A stretch of 56,918 nucleotides of DNA from NCBI GenBank assembly GCA_045615065.1, contig JAZLEB010000043.1, positions 1-56,918 on the forward strand, written 5' to 3'. A program made the translations under genes and the position numbers. This document shows positions 8,718 to 17,836 of the stretch, piece after piece. Every line of letters begins with the position of its first letter. Position 1 is the stretch's first letter. A model generated the notes under the pieces. The model ran no database searches and had not been told where the DNA came from. It was given only the letters and a program-made list of their open reading frames with translations. Source of the DNA: Candidatus Pelethomonas sp. (GTDB lineage: Bacteria; Bacillota; Clostridia; Oscillospirales; Oscillospiraceae).

Positions 8718-10136
8718 TCAGCTGTTGTACTCGCACTCAGCGACAGCATCCTCGAATGCCTCAAGGATCATTGCATCGACATCGGTAGCTTCTGCAGCCA
8801 GGCACTTGGACAGCAGAGCGCCGACCTGCTCACGAGCCTCGGAAGAACCGTTGAATGCGGGAGAGGTGTAGTAAGCATCAGCCTGCTCCATGCAGACCTT
8901 TGCACTCAGAGCAGCAATGTAGTTGCCGCCGTCAGCCTTGTTCAGGAACTCAGCGTAGACAGGGTTCTCAGCAACGGACTTCAGGACGGGAACGTAACCG
9001 GAAGCCATAGCGAACTCAGCCTGGAAGTTGACGTTGGTGGTCAGGAACTTGACAAACAGCCAGGAAGCAACGACCTCCTGAGCATTCTCCTTCTGGAAGA
9101 TGCACAGGCTGGGGCCCTGGGAGATAACCTTCTTGTTCTCTGCGTTCACCTGGGGAATGGTAGCGATACCCACATCGAAGGGATACTCGCCGTCCACAGC
9201 AGCGGGACGCTGATAGGTAGCACCTGCGGAAGAACCGATGGACATGTAGCTGCGGGTACCGTCCAGAGTAACGAACAGGTTGGAGGTGTATGCGCCGTAC
9301 AGGGTCTGAGTGGTCAGATAACCCTTCTGATACCACTCACGGAACTCCTTGATGAAGCCGCGGTTGGTCTCGTTGTTAAAGATGAAGTGATCACCGGTAG
9401 CGCTGGTGTAACCGCTCTGGTACTGCTCGCACATGGTGATGAACCAGTTGGCCTCACTGTCGTAGCCCAGAGGAATGGACATGGGATCGATCTCCTTGAT
9501 CTTGGCGCAGACCTCTTCCATCTCCTCCCAGGTGGTAGGAACGGTCAGGTTGTGCTCCTCGAAGAAGGTTCTGTTGTAGTACAGGACCTCGGTGGACTTG
9601 GACATGGGCAGGGTGTACATGAGGCCGTCACCGAACTGCTTGCCCTCGTTGTAGTAACCGGGGATGAAGTCATTGACCTGCTCCTCAGTCAGACCCAGGA
9701 TCTCAGTGGTACCGTCAGCGCGGGTCACGGTGATCTCGCTGGAGATCAGGTTGTCCAGAGTAGCCACTGCGCCTGCCATGTTGTACAGAGCAACGTGGTC
9801 GGGATAGCAGTAAGCGATGTTGGGCTGGTTACCAACGGAAATCTCGGTGCTGATCTGATCGCGGACATCATCATAGTTACCAACGGTGGAGTGAACGATG
9901 GTGATGTTGGGATAGATCTCGTTGAACTCAGCAATGTAAGCATCGAGAACTGCGGTCAGCTTTGCGCCCATGGTGTGATAGAAAGTGATGGTAACAGCAC
10001 TTCCGTCATAGCCACCCTCGGGAACGACAAAGTTGGGGTCAGCGGCGCTGCCGCCGTTGTTGCCGCAAGCGGGCATAGCCACGAGGCTGAATGCCATAAC
10101 CAGCAGCAGGATGAAAGATACGACTCTCTTTTTCAT
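8718..10136 (-). CDS. ABC transporter extracellular solute-binding lipoprotein (family 1, carbohydrate/CUT1 type)
   Basis: Lipoprotein signal is MKKRVVSFILLLVMAFSLVAMPACG. Its 472-aa length and its position after two MalF/MalG-type permeases are typical of CUT1 binding proteins. Confidence 0.8.
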   Translation of the reverse strand: MKKRVVSFILLLVMAFSLVAMPACGNNGGSAADPNFVVPEGGYDGSAVTITFYHTMGAKLTAVLDAYIAEFNEIYPNITIVHSTVGNYDDVRDQISTEISVGNQPNIAYCYPDHVALYNMAGAVATLDNLISSEITVTRADGTTEILGLTEEQVNDFIPGYYNEGKQFGDGLMYTLPMSKSTEVLYYNRTFFEEHNLTVPTTWEEMEEVCAKIKEIDPMSIPLGYDSEANWFITMCEQYQSGYTSATGDHFIFNNETNRGFIKEFREWYQKGYLTTQTLYGAYTSNLFVTLDGTRSYMSIGSSAGATYQRPAAVDGEYPFDVGIATIPQVNAENKKVISQGPSLCIFQKENAQEVVASWLFVKFLTTNVNFQAEFAMASGYVPVLKSVAENPVYAEFLNKADGGNYIAALSAKVCMEQADAYYTSPAFNGSSEAREQVGALLSKCLAAEATDVDAMILEAFEDAVAECEYNS

Positions 10137-10196
10137 TGGGGTTTGCTTCCTTCCTTAAATATATGGTTTCGTATATGTAACAGACGCGCTCGTCTA

Positions 10197-11093
10197 TTAA
10201 CCCTTGATACCGCTGCGGCTGACACCAGCCATGATGTACTTTCTCAGGAACAGGAACACCAGGAACAGCGGGGCGGAAACGATGGCAACTGCTGCCATCT
10301 GCACGGGATAGTCCACCTGACCGGTGGTATCGGTAAATGCGTTGCGCAGACCGTTGGTGATCATGGCGTGAGCATCGTCATTTGCAACCAGGCGGGGCCA
10401 CACATAGGAGTTCCATGCACCCATCATCTTCAGAATGGTGATGGAGATCAGAGTGGGCATTGCCAGAGGAACCATGACTTTCCACAGATACTTCAGGTCA
10501 CTGGTACCGTCCACCTTAGCAGCCAGATACAACTCATTGGGGATCTGCATGAAGTTCTGGCGCAGCAGATAAATGTAGAACACACTGACCAGGAACGGCA
10601 CGATCAGAACCACGAAAGTGTTCATCCAGCCAAAGGTTGCAACCGTTGCGTAGTTGGTGATAGTGAACAGCTCGCCGGGGATCATCATAGTGGCAAGCAG
10701 CAGAGCGAACATGGCATTCTTTCCCTTGAACTCCAGGCGGGCAAAGGCAAAAGCGGACAGAACGGTGATCACCAGAGACAGCAGAGTGGACACCACACCG
10801 ACATACAGGGTATTCATAAAGAGGTTACCCAGCTTGGCGGTGGTAAAGGCGGTGATATAGTTACTGAACTGCCATGCGTGGGGAATGAAGGTAGGAACGC
10901 TCAGGCGGTACTCATCCAGGCTCTTGAGAGAGGAGGAGAGCATCCAGTAGAAGGGGAACAGCACGATCAATGCCATCAGAAGCAGGAAGCCGTACAGCAG
11001 GATCTTCACAAGGATGTTCATCACGCGCTGAGAGGCAGATACCTGCTGCATATCGCGGCTCTGCATAACTGCATTTTTCTTATTCTCAGACAT
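10197..11093 (-). CDS. ABC transporter permease (MalG/UgpE-like)
   Basis: Start trimmed to MSENKKNAV (ATG 11093, preceded by AAGGGGGTG). Six hydrophobic segments. EAA-loop-like stretch is LYLAAKVDGTSDLKYLWKVMVPLAMP. Confidence 0.85.
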   Translation of the reverse strand: MSENKKNAVMQSRDMQQVSASQRVMNILVKILLYGFLLLMALIVLFPFYWMLSSSLKSLDEYRLSVPTFIPHAWQFSNYITAFTTAKLGNLFMNTLYVGVVSTLLSLVITVLSAFAFARLEFKGKNAMFALLLATMMIPGELFTITNYATVATFGWMNTFVVLIVPFLVSVFYIYLLRQNFMQIPNELYLAAKVDGTSDLKYLWKVMVPLAMPTLISITILKMMGAWNSYVWPRLVANDDAHAMITNGLRNAFTDTTGQVDYPVQMAAVAIVSAPLFLVFLFLRKYIMAGVSRSGIKG

Positions 11094-11106
11094 ACTGCAC
11101 ACCCCC

Positions 11107-12165
11107 TTAGTAATGGACACGCTTTTTGCTGACCTGCATATTGATCATGGTGACCACAAAGATAATGGCGAACAGGATCAGTGCGGCAGCGCTGGCTCGG
11201 CCGTACTTCTGACCGGGCAGAGCATCGTAGATATAACCAACCATGGTATTGAGGCGGCCTGCATCGTCAGCAGGACCCATATTCACACCGAAGATACCGA
11301 CGATACTGCTGTACTCCTTGAAGCCGCCGATGAAACCGGTGATGATAACATAGGCCAGCATGGGAGAGAGCAGAGGAACCGTGATCTTAGTGAACACGCG
11401 GCGGCGGGGTGTACCGTCAACCTTGGCAGCATCATAGTACTGCTTGTTGATGCTCTGCAGACCACCCAGCAGAACCAGGATTTTGAAAGGCAGAGCATTC
11501 CAGACGATGTACACAGTCATAACGGTGATATTTGCCCAGTAGCTGGAACCGGCGTTGATCCAGTTGACGGGAAGATCCAGAACGAACTTCTCCGCAAAGC
11601 CGGCAAGGCCGCCCAGAATACCCTGCATAAAGGATGCATCCGCGCTGTTATAGAGCTCAACCAGACCGGAGTGAATCGCGGTGGGAATATTATTGTAGAG
11701 CTCAAGCACATTATTGATGATACCTGCGGTGACCACGATCTCATTGGGAGTACCCAGCGCGTTGCCGACGATGTTGAACATAGCGGCGAACACCATGCCG
11801 ATGGCGATGGAGTTGGTCACATAGGGCAGGAAGAAGATGGTCTGCAGAGTCTTCTGGAAAGGCTTGATGGAGTTGAGGCACACTGCGATCAGCAGAGCCA
11901 AAATGGTGGAGATAGGAACTGTGAGAACGCACAGGAGCATGGTGTTCTTCAGACAGTCGAGGAATCCCTTGTAGCTGATAACCTTAACAAAGTTATCAAT
12001 GCCAAGAGAAAAACTCATACCTCTGACAGCTTCCATGCCGTTGTAACCGTCCAGAAATGCCATTCTGACGGTGTTGATGATCGGCCAGCCCGTAAACACG
12101 AGCAGCAGCACGATCGCAGGGGCCAGATACAGCCACGCTTTCCATTGCTGTTTGCTGTCTACCAT
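11107..12165 (-). CDS. ABC transporter permease (MalF/UgpA-like)
   Basis: Multi-pass membrane protein. EAA loop is YYDAAKVDGTPRRRVFTKITVPLLSP. It starts 1 nt after the ATPase gene's stop. Confidence 0.85.
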   Translation of the reverse strand: MVDSKQQWKAWLYLAPAIVLLLVFTGWPIINTVRMAFLDGYNGMEAVRGMSFSLGIDNFVKVISYKGFLDCLKNTMLLCVLTVPISTILALLIAVCLNSIKPFQKTLQTIFFLPYVTNSIAIGMVFAAMFNIVGNALGTPNEIVVTAGIINNVLELYNNIPTAIHSGLVELYNSADASFMQGILGGLAGFAEKFVLDLPVNWINAGSSYWANITVMTVYIVWNALPFKILVLLGGLQSINKQYYDAAKVDGTPRRRVFTKITVPLLSPMLAYVIITGFIGGFKEYSSIVGIFGVNMGPADDAGRLNTMVGYIYDALPGQKYGRASAAALILFAIIFVVTMINMQVSKKRVHY

Positions 12166-12166
12166 A

Positions 12167-13270
12167 TTACTTCACCTCAAAATGGACACGCTCTTCGGTC
12201 TCGGCGTTGAAGATGAAGACCTTGTGTGCTTTCAGGCTGAAAGCGACCTCTTCTCTGGAGGAATCCACCTTGTTGTCGGCATTGATGATAGCGCGGACCA
12301 GAGGATTGGCGGATGCATCGCTGGTGCAGACAACGCTCACGTCACGACCCATGACCTCAACATTGCTCAGGCGGCAGTGCAGAGGACCGGCCTCATCCAG
12401 CACGAAGCCTTCGGGGCGGATACCGATGTAGACCTTCTGGTCTGCCACATCGCCAACAGACATCACGACTTCCTCGCCGATGTAGAGCTTACCTTCCTTG
12501 ACCTCACCGTTGAACACGTTGATGGGAGGAGTACCAAGGAACTTGGCAACGAACAGGTTTGCGGGATTATCATAAACATCCTGAGGCTCACCGATCTGCT
12601 GCACAACACCCAGCTTCATAACAACGATCAGGTCGGAGATGCTCATTGCCTCCTCCTGGTCGTGGGTAACGAACACGGTGGTAATGCCGGTCTCCTTCTG
12701 AATGCGCTTGATCTCCTCACGGGTCTGCAGGCGCAGGCGGGCATCCAGGTTGGAGAGGGGCTCATCCAGCAGCAGAACGCGGGGCATCTTCACCAGTGCG
12801 CGGGCGATAGCAACACGCTGCTGCTGACCGCCGGACAGCTCGCTGGGCTTTCTGTCCATCAGATCGTCGATCTGCACCAGACGGGCAGCCTCGGTAGCGC
12901 GCTCCAGCATCTGCTCCTTAGTGAGCTTGTCGGCACCCTTCAGATTCTGCAGGGGGAAGAGGATGTTCTGGCGAACGGTCATATGAGGATACAGCGCATA
13001 GTTCTGGAACACCAGACCGATGCCGCGGTTCTCGGTAGACAGTTCGGTAACATCGTCGTCACCAAAGAAGATCTGACCGCCGGTGGGCTTCTGCAGACCG
13101 CTGATCATGTACAGCGTGGTGCTCTTGCCGCAGCCGGAGGGGCCAAGCAGGCCGATCAGCTTACCGTCGGGAATGGTGAAGGTGAAGTTGTTGACAGCAA
13201 CCACCTCTTCGCCGGACTTCTTGTTGCGGCTGGGGAAGATTTTTGTGAGATTTCTCAGTTCAACTTTCAT
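12167..13270 (-). CDS. ABC transporter ATP-binding protein (MalK/UgpC/MsmX-like)
   Basis: Walker A is GPSGCGKST, Q-loop is VFQNYALYPH, signature is LSGGQQQRVAIARAL and Walker B is LLLDEPLSNLD. It also has a C-terminal MalK-type regulatory/OB domain. Confidence 0.9.
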   Translation of the reverse strand: MKVELRNLTKIFPSRNKKSGEEVVAVNNFTFTIPDGKLIGLLGPSGCGKSTTLYMISGLQKPTGGQIFFGDDDVTELSTENRGIGLVFQNYALYPHMTVRQNILFPLQNLKGADKLTKEQMLERATEAARLVQIDDLMDRKPSELSGGQQQRVAIARALVKMPRVLLLDEPLSNLDARLRLQTREEIKRIQKETGITTVFVTHDQEEAMSISDLIVVMKLGVVQQIGEPQDVYDNPANLFVAKFLGTPPINVFNGEVKEGKLYIGEEVVMSVGDVADQKVYIGIRPEGFVLDEAGPLHCRLSNVEVMGRDVSVVCTSDASANPLVRAIINADNKVDSSREEVAFSLKAHKVFIFNAETEERVHFEVK

Positions 13271-13312
13271 ACGTTTCCCTTTCCTCTACATATAATAACT
13301 TTTATTGATTTA

Positions 13313-14074
13313 TCAGTAGTCCTGCCGGGCAGAGCGCTCGGCGTGGATTTTCTTCTTATACTCCAGCAGTGCTTCCTCATCGGGGAAGATACGCTGACTG
13401 GCATAATCAACCACAACAGTCTTAGCAAGAACATCGTGGATCATGGAGTTGGTGCGGGTAGCGATCATAAGGATCAGCTGAAGCAGCAGGATAAGTCCGA
13501 TAACGATCACCGCCTCCAGCCCGACCATATTGAAAAAGAGCATGACCAGAAGCAGCAGCGGAACCATGGTTTCCAGCGTATACTTACCCAGCACCGTGCG
13601 GATAAAGAGCAGCGGTCCATTGATCCGAATCTCATCGGTACGCATTACCGCAAGTCCGAAGATCCTCTTGCCGACCGTGCGGCCATCGCCCAGCATCAGC
13701 GGGATGGCAAACTCCATCACAAGATATCCCATCAGGATACTGAGGCTGCTGATCAGCATGGTGAGATTTACGACCATATTGTAGGCATACATCGCCTCAT
13801 CGTCCTCACAAAGCCGGTCGTATGCTTCGTGGTAACGGGCCAGTTCCTCTTCGCTGAGGGCTTCAAATTCCGCTCTGGACAGTTCGAATGTCACACCGTA
13901 CTGCTGCTCGTAGCGGTCATAGGCCTCTGTGACAGTATTGTTATAACCGTCATATCCTGTGATCAGGGACAGAAGGCACGCTGCCGCGACTACCACAACC
14001 GACAACAGGATCACATCGAACAGCGCCGCGGAGGCTCGTTTCCATATGCTTGCTTTCTGCAGATCTGTGATCAT
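13313..14074 (-). CDS. RDD-family membrane protein
   Basis: N-terminal WKRASAALFDVILLSVVVV and later GDGRTVGKRIFGLAVMRTDE are typical RDD-domain motifs. Several transmembrane segments. Confidence 0.65.
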   Translation of the reverse strand: MITDLQKASIWKRASAALFDVILLSVVVVAAACLLSLITGYDGYNNTVTEAYDRYEQQYGVTFELSRAEFEALSEEELARYHEAYDRLCEDDEAMYAYNMVVNLTMLISSLSILMGYLVMEFAIPLMLGDGRTVGKRIFGLAVMRTDEIRINGPLLFIRTVLGKYTLETMVPLLLLVMLFFNMVGLEAVIVIGLILLLQLILMIATRTNSMIHDVLAKTVVVDYASQRIFPDEEALLEYKKKIHAERSARQDY

Positions 14075-14171
14075 GAAACGGATCCTTTCCTTAATTTTTC
14101 TTCAAAAATGTGCACTCATTTTTTTGGTGGGCATTTATTATACCATATAGAAACCAATATTTCTACACACA

Positions 14172-15032
14172 TCAACAAATTTTATCGCGTTTTTTTCGCT
14201 CTTTTACGGCCTCCAGGAAGCTCAACGGCACAAACAGGTCTCCCCTGCCCCGCCCAATCGCGATGTCGGGCTTGTTAGCCCCGTGAAAATCACTACCCCC
14301 GGAAGGAACCAGTGCGTATTTATCCGCAATGCGCCGCGCGATCTCACGCTCGCTTTCGCTGAAGGTGGAGTAGAGGACCTCCATACCGTCCAGCCCGCAG
14401 GGCAGTGCCTGACGAAGAAACTCCTCCAATTCCTGCTCATTCAGGTCAAAAAAGGGATGTGCCAGCAATGCCACAGCGCCGATGGATTTCAAATAGCGGA
14501 TCGCATCCAACGCGCTGATGCGCTGAGGAACGCGGTAATAGCCGCTTTTCTCAGACAGAAGCGTATCGAACGCCTCGGAAATAGAAGCAACATAGCCCTT
14601 CGCGGTCAATGCCGCAGCCAGATGCGCGCGGTTGATGTGTCCGCCGGGGGTCTGCGCGCAGATCTCATCATAGTCAATTGCATAGCCGTCCGCGGCAAGT
14701 CGTTCCACAGTGTCCCGGTTGGCCTGCGCCTTTCGGCGGTTGACTTCCTCCAGCATCTCAGTGATCTCCCCATAGAACGAAGGGTCCACATAAAGTCCCA
14801 AAATGTGAAGATCCTGTCCATGATACTCTGTGGACAATTCCACGCCGCCAACAGCTTCAATTTCTCTTCCCTCAGCCGCCGACAGGAATTCATCAAGGCC
14901 CGCGACCGTATTATGATCGCACAGGGCAACTGCGGCAAGCCCTGCTTCCTCCGCCAGTTGGATCAGCTGTGAGGGGGTGCAGGTTCCGTCAGAAAAGACA
15001 GAATGTGTATGAAGATCGCAATATCTTTTCAT
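14172..15032 (-). CDS. PHP-domain metal-dependent phosphoesterase (TrpH/YciV-like)
   Basis: MKRYCDLHTHSVFSDGT...ALCDHNTV...LLAHP...GGSDFHG. Start trimmed to the ATG best spaced from the GGGGGGA RBS. Confidence 0.8.
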   Translation of the reverse strand: MKRYCDLHTHSVFSDGTCTPSQLIQLAEEAGLAAVALCDHNTVAGLDEFLSAAEGREIEAVGGVELSTEYHGQDLHILGLYVDPSFYGEITEMLEEVNRRKAQANRDTVERLAADGYAIDYDEICAQTPGGHINRAHLAAALTAKGYVASISEAFDTLLSEKSGYYRVPQRISALDAIRYLKSIGAVALLAHPFFDLNEQELEEFLRQALPCGLDGMEVLYSTFSESEREIARRIADKYALVPSGGSDFHGANKPDIAIGRGRGDLFVPLSFLEAVKERKKRDKIC

Positions 15033-15202
15033 CGTCATATCCCCCCAATTTCGCAATTTTATATGCTATCACAAATCTTCCGCATTATCAAGACTGTTTC
15101 TTCCAAAATCCAACACTGAATCTGTCATTTTATGATAAAAATGCACACACCCGTTCCTTAGTTGGAAAGGGTGTGTGCGTTTTTAATATCACACAACGTC
15201 AC

Positions 15203-17581
15203 TCAGCCGCGGCGGATATAGCGGTCCAGTACTCGCTTCAGCGTATCCAGGTCAAGCGGTTTTGCCAGGTGCGCCGTCATACCGGCATCCAGCGCATCCT
15301 GCACGTCGTCGGCAAAGGCATTGGCTGTCATAGCAAAGATGGGCAGTTCCTGAATATCCTGCCGTGTTCCGGCACGGAGCTCGCGGGTAGCATCATAACC
15401 GTTTTTCACCGGCATCTGCACATCCATGAACACCGCGTCATACTGTCCCTCAGGCGTGTGGTACAGAATATCAATGGCCTCCTGACCGTTGGTGGCAAGA
15501 TCCACCTTCGCGCCGAACATCTGCAGGAGCTCCTGACCAATCTCACGGTTGAGTTCGTTATCATCCACCAAAAGGAAGTGAAGTCCGGCGAATCTATCCT
15601 CAGAAATACGGTTATCCCCGCTGCTTTCATAACGAATCTCCACAGCGCCGCCCGCAGCAGCGCCGCCGGGCACCTTGATCGGAACATTGACAGAGAAGCA
15701 GGTACCCATGCCCAGCGCGCTTTCCACGCGGATCGTACCGTTCATGCGGTCAACAATGTTCTTGACAATAGGCAATCCCAGACCGGTACCCTGTTCATTC
15801 GCGGTTTCCGGCTGGATCTCACGCTCAAAGGGCTCAAACAGGCGGGTCACAAATTCCTCGCTCATACCCACACCGTTATCCTCCACGCAAATCGTCAGGT
15901 TAGCGACATTCTCGTGCTGGCTGGGGGTATCACACAGAGAGAGCATAACAAAGCCCTCTCTTCCGGTGTATTTCACCGCGTTGGAAAGAATATTGAGCAG
16001 GATCTGCTCCAAACGGAAGCGATCACCCAGGAACCAGCCATGAGACAGCTCCTGCGTATCCACCACAAGCATCTGCTCCTTATCTTTGGCTTGGGTGCGG
16101 ATACTTGTCATCACGCTCTCCAGCATTTCGGAGATGCTGAATTGTTCCTCCTCCAGTGTGATCTTTCCGCTTTCGATGCGGCTCATATCCAGCACCTCAT
16201 TGATGAGGCGAAGCAAATGCTGAGAGGAGGTCTGGATCTTTTCCAGCGCGTCGGCGACCTTCTCATCATCACCGATCTTAGCCTGCGCGATGGTGGTAAG
16301 GCCAACAATGGCATTCATAGGTGTACGCATATCGTGGGACATACGGGAAAGGAAGTCTCTCTTCGCCGCATTGGCCTGCTCGGCGCCTGCCAGCGCCTCG
16401 AAAAGCAGTTCGCGCTCCTTTTCCTCACGCAGCTTCACCTCATGGATATCCTTAGAGAAGATCATGATCTCATCAGGATTATCCAGACCGCGGATGATCT
16501 GGATGCGCTCCCACCGGTAAAGACCGCTGCTTTGGCGCAGATACCAGTCATCCTCATAGATTTTCATTCCGGACTCAGCATCGATATCACCTCTCAGAAG
16601 CTTCATCCAGGGAAGTTCATCACCAAACGAATCACGCTTGGAAGGGTGCATTCGATCCAGGATCAGCTTGGTGTTCATATCGCAGATACTGCCCAGCTCG
16701 GCACGATCCACAATACCGTTATTCAGTTTGATCTCATACACACAGTCCCGATTGACATCTACCTCGTAGATGTGATCATAGGTCATGGTAATGGCGTTGC
16801 GGTAGCGGTTAGCTTCGGAGCGAATACGCTCCACTTCGTCCTCCAGTTCTCTCTGATCATCAATCGGACGGATCAGGATAAACTGCAAAACATCGTCATT
16901 ATAGGGATTATTGACGCGGATGGCATGGGTGGAAGACCAGTGGTAGCGCCTGTCAGGTCCCATCTGCCGCGCTTCAAGATACTCCTCTTCCTCACCGGCA
17001 GCATAACGCGCAAGAAGATTTTCCCGGGAAAACTTTCCTGCAAAAGCCTCCCGATAGTCGGGATGTGTACTGGCAAGTCCCTTCAGATGGAGCGTGGAAT
17101 ACCGTCCTGCCGACGCACCGTAATCCATCTGATTGCCCGTTGTTTCTATCACAGAATAAGTGTCTTTTGTGAGATTAACGGACATGATCATGGGATAAAC
17201 TCGCTTCAGGGCATCGATCATTTGCCGATCCCAAAGCATGATCTCTTCCTCATCCAGACGGACATGGGGTTTAATGGTGAGAACGTAGGCGCTTCTGTCG
17301 CCCTCCCACACCGTTAGATTACAGGTGATATCCAGGTTTTCGTCAGATTTCGGATCCCGAAAGACAGTGGAAAAACCGTTTTCCGCTTCCGCAGCTTTCA
17401 AAAGTCGTTGGCTACCCTCAGTTCTCAAAGATGTGAAATTTTCAGTAGGCCACAGGCGATTCTTGATATGCTTGAATGTGTCATTGCTGTACAGTGGTTC
17501 AAAATTGTCCTGTGCCACAACACACACACCAATCCCCGCAATACAGTTTAGGATATCCGGTTTATTCATATCAAAACTCAT
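15203..17581 (-). CDS. Hybrid sensor histidine kinase/response regulator (cytoplasmic PAS-like N-terminal region, HisKA, HATPase_c, REC)
   Basis: H-box is FLSRMSHDMRTPMNAIVG. ATP-binding motifs are NILSNAVKYT, EDNGVGMSEEF and GTGLGLPIVKNIV. C-terminal receiver is LLVDDNELNREI...DAVFMDVQMPVKNG...AMTANAF. Confidence 0.85.
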   Translation of the reverse strand: MSFDMNKPDILNCIAGIGVCVVAQDNFEPLYSNDTFKHIKNRLWPTENFTSLRTEGSQRLLKAAEAENGFSTVFRDPKSDENLDITCNLTVWEGDRSAYVLTIKPHVRLDEEEIMLWDRQMIDALKRVYPMIMSVNLTKDTYSVIETTGNQMDYGASAGRYSTLHLKGLASTHPDYREAFAGKFSRENLLARYAAGEEEEYLEARQMGPDRRYHWSSTHAIRVNNPYNDDVLQFILIRPIDDQRELEDEVERIRSEANRYRNAITMTYDHIYEVDVNRDCVYEIKLNNGIVDRAELGSICDMNTKLILDRMHPSKRDSFGDELPWMKLLRGDIDAESGMKIYEDDWYLRQSSGLYRWERIQIIRGLDNPDEIMIFSKDIHEVKLREEKERELLFEALAGAEQANAAKRDFLSRMSHDMRTPMNAIVGLTTIAQAKIGDDEKVADALEKIQTSSQHLLRLINEVLDMSRIESGKITLEEEQFSISEMLESVMTSIRTQAKDKEQMLVVDTQELSHGWFLGDRFRLEQILLNILSNAVKYTGREGFVMLSLCDTPSQHENVANLTICVEDNGVGMSEEFVTRLFEPFEREIQPETANEQGTGLGLPIVKNIVDRMNGTIRVESALGMGTCFSVNVPIKVPGGAAAGGAVEIRYESSGDNRISEDRFAGLHFLLVDDNELNREIGQELLQMFGAKVDLATNGQEAIDILYHTPEGQYDAVFMDVQMPVKNGYDATRELRAGTRQDIQELPIFAMTANAFADDVQDALDAGMTAHLAKPLDLDTLKRVLDRYIRRG

Positions 17582-17780
17582 ATCAGGACCTCCTTACTTC
17601 AGCCGATCATGCACAAAATGCGGTTTGGTCACATGGTACACGACCCCATTTTAATAATTTTATGGTATCAAAACTTTCACAAAAAAGCAATCGAATTTTC
17701 CTTTTTCTTCTTATTTATTGCCGGGCAACTGTCGATACAAAGGTAGAAAAGGCAAAGTTTGGCGAATCTCGTCAAACCTG

Positions 17781-17809
17781 TTGAAATCACAGGGAAAATC
17801 ATGTATGAT
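17781..17809 (+). promoter_or_regulatory. Sigma-A-type promoter with extended -10
   Basis: TTGAAA at 17781-17786, 17-nt spacer ending in TG, TATGAT at 17804-17809. It lies ~28 nt upstream of the start codon region, which has an AGGAGGTG RBS. Confidence 0.55.
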
Positions 17810-17836
17810 GGTAAAATAAGGAGGTGACTCTGCGCG

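Noticed and set aside
8709-11132. Very long ORFs antisense to recognised genes: 8709..11132 (+), 12071..14278 (+), 14969..17317 (+), 3519..4667 (-), 6290..7342 (+), 1265..2116 (+), 2534..3214 (+), 11113..12210 (+).
   Set aside because: Each lies opposite a gene with clear family motifs. Their translations are low-complexity (rich in G/D/H/L/V/Q), lack RBSs and have no recognisable domains. These are typical shadow ORFs of GC-rich coding DNA.
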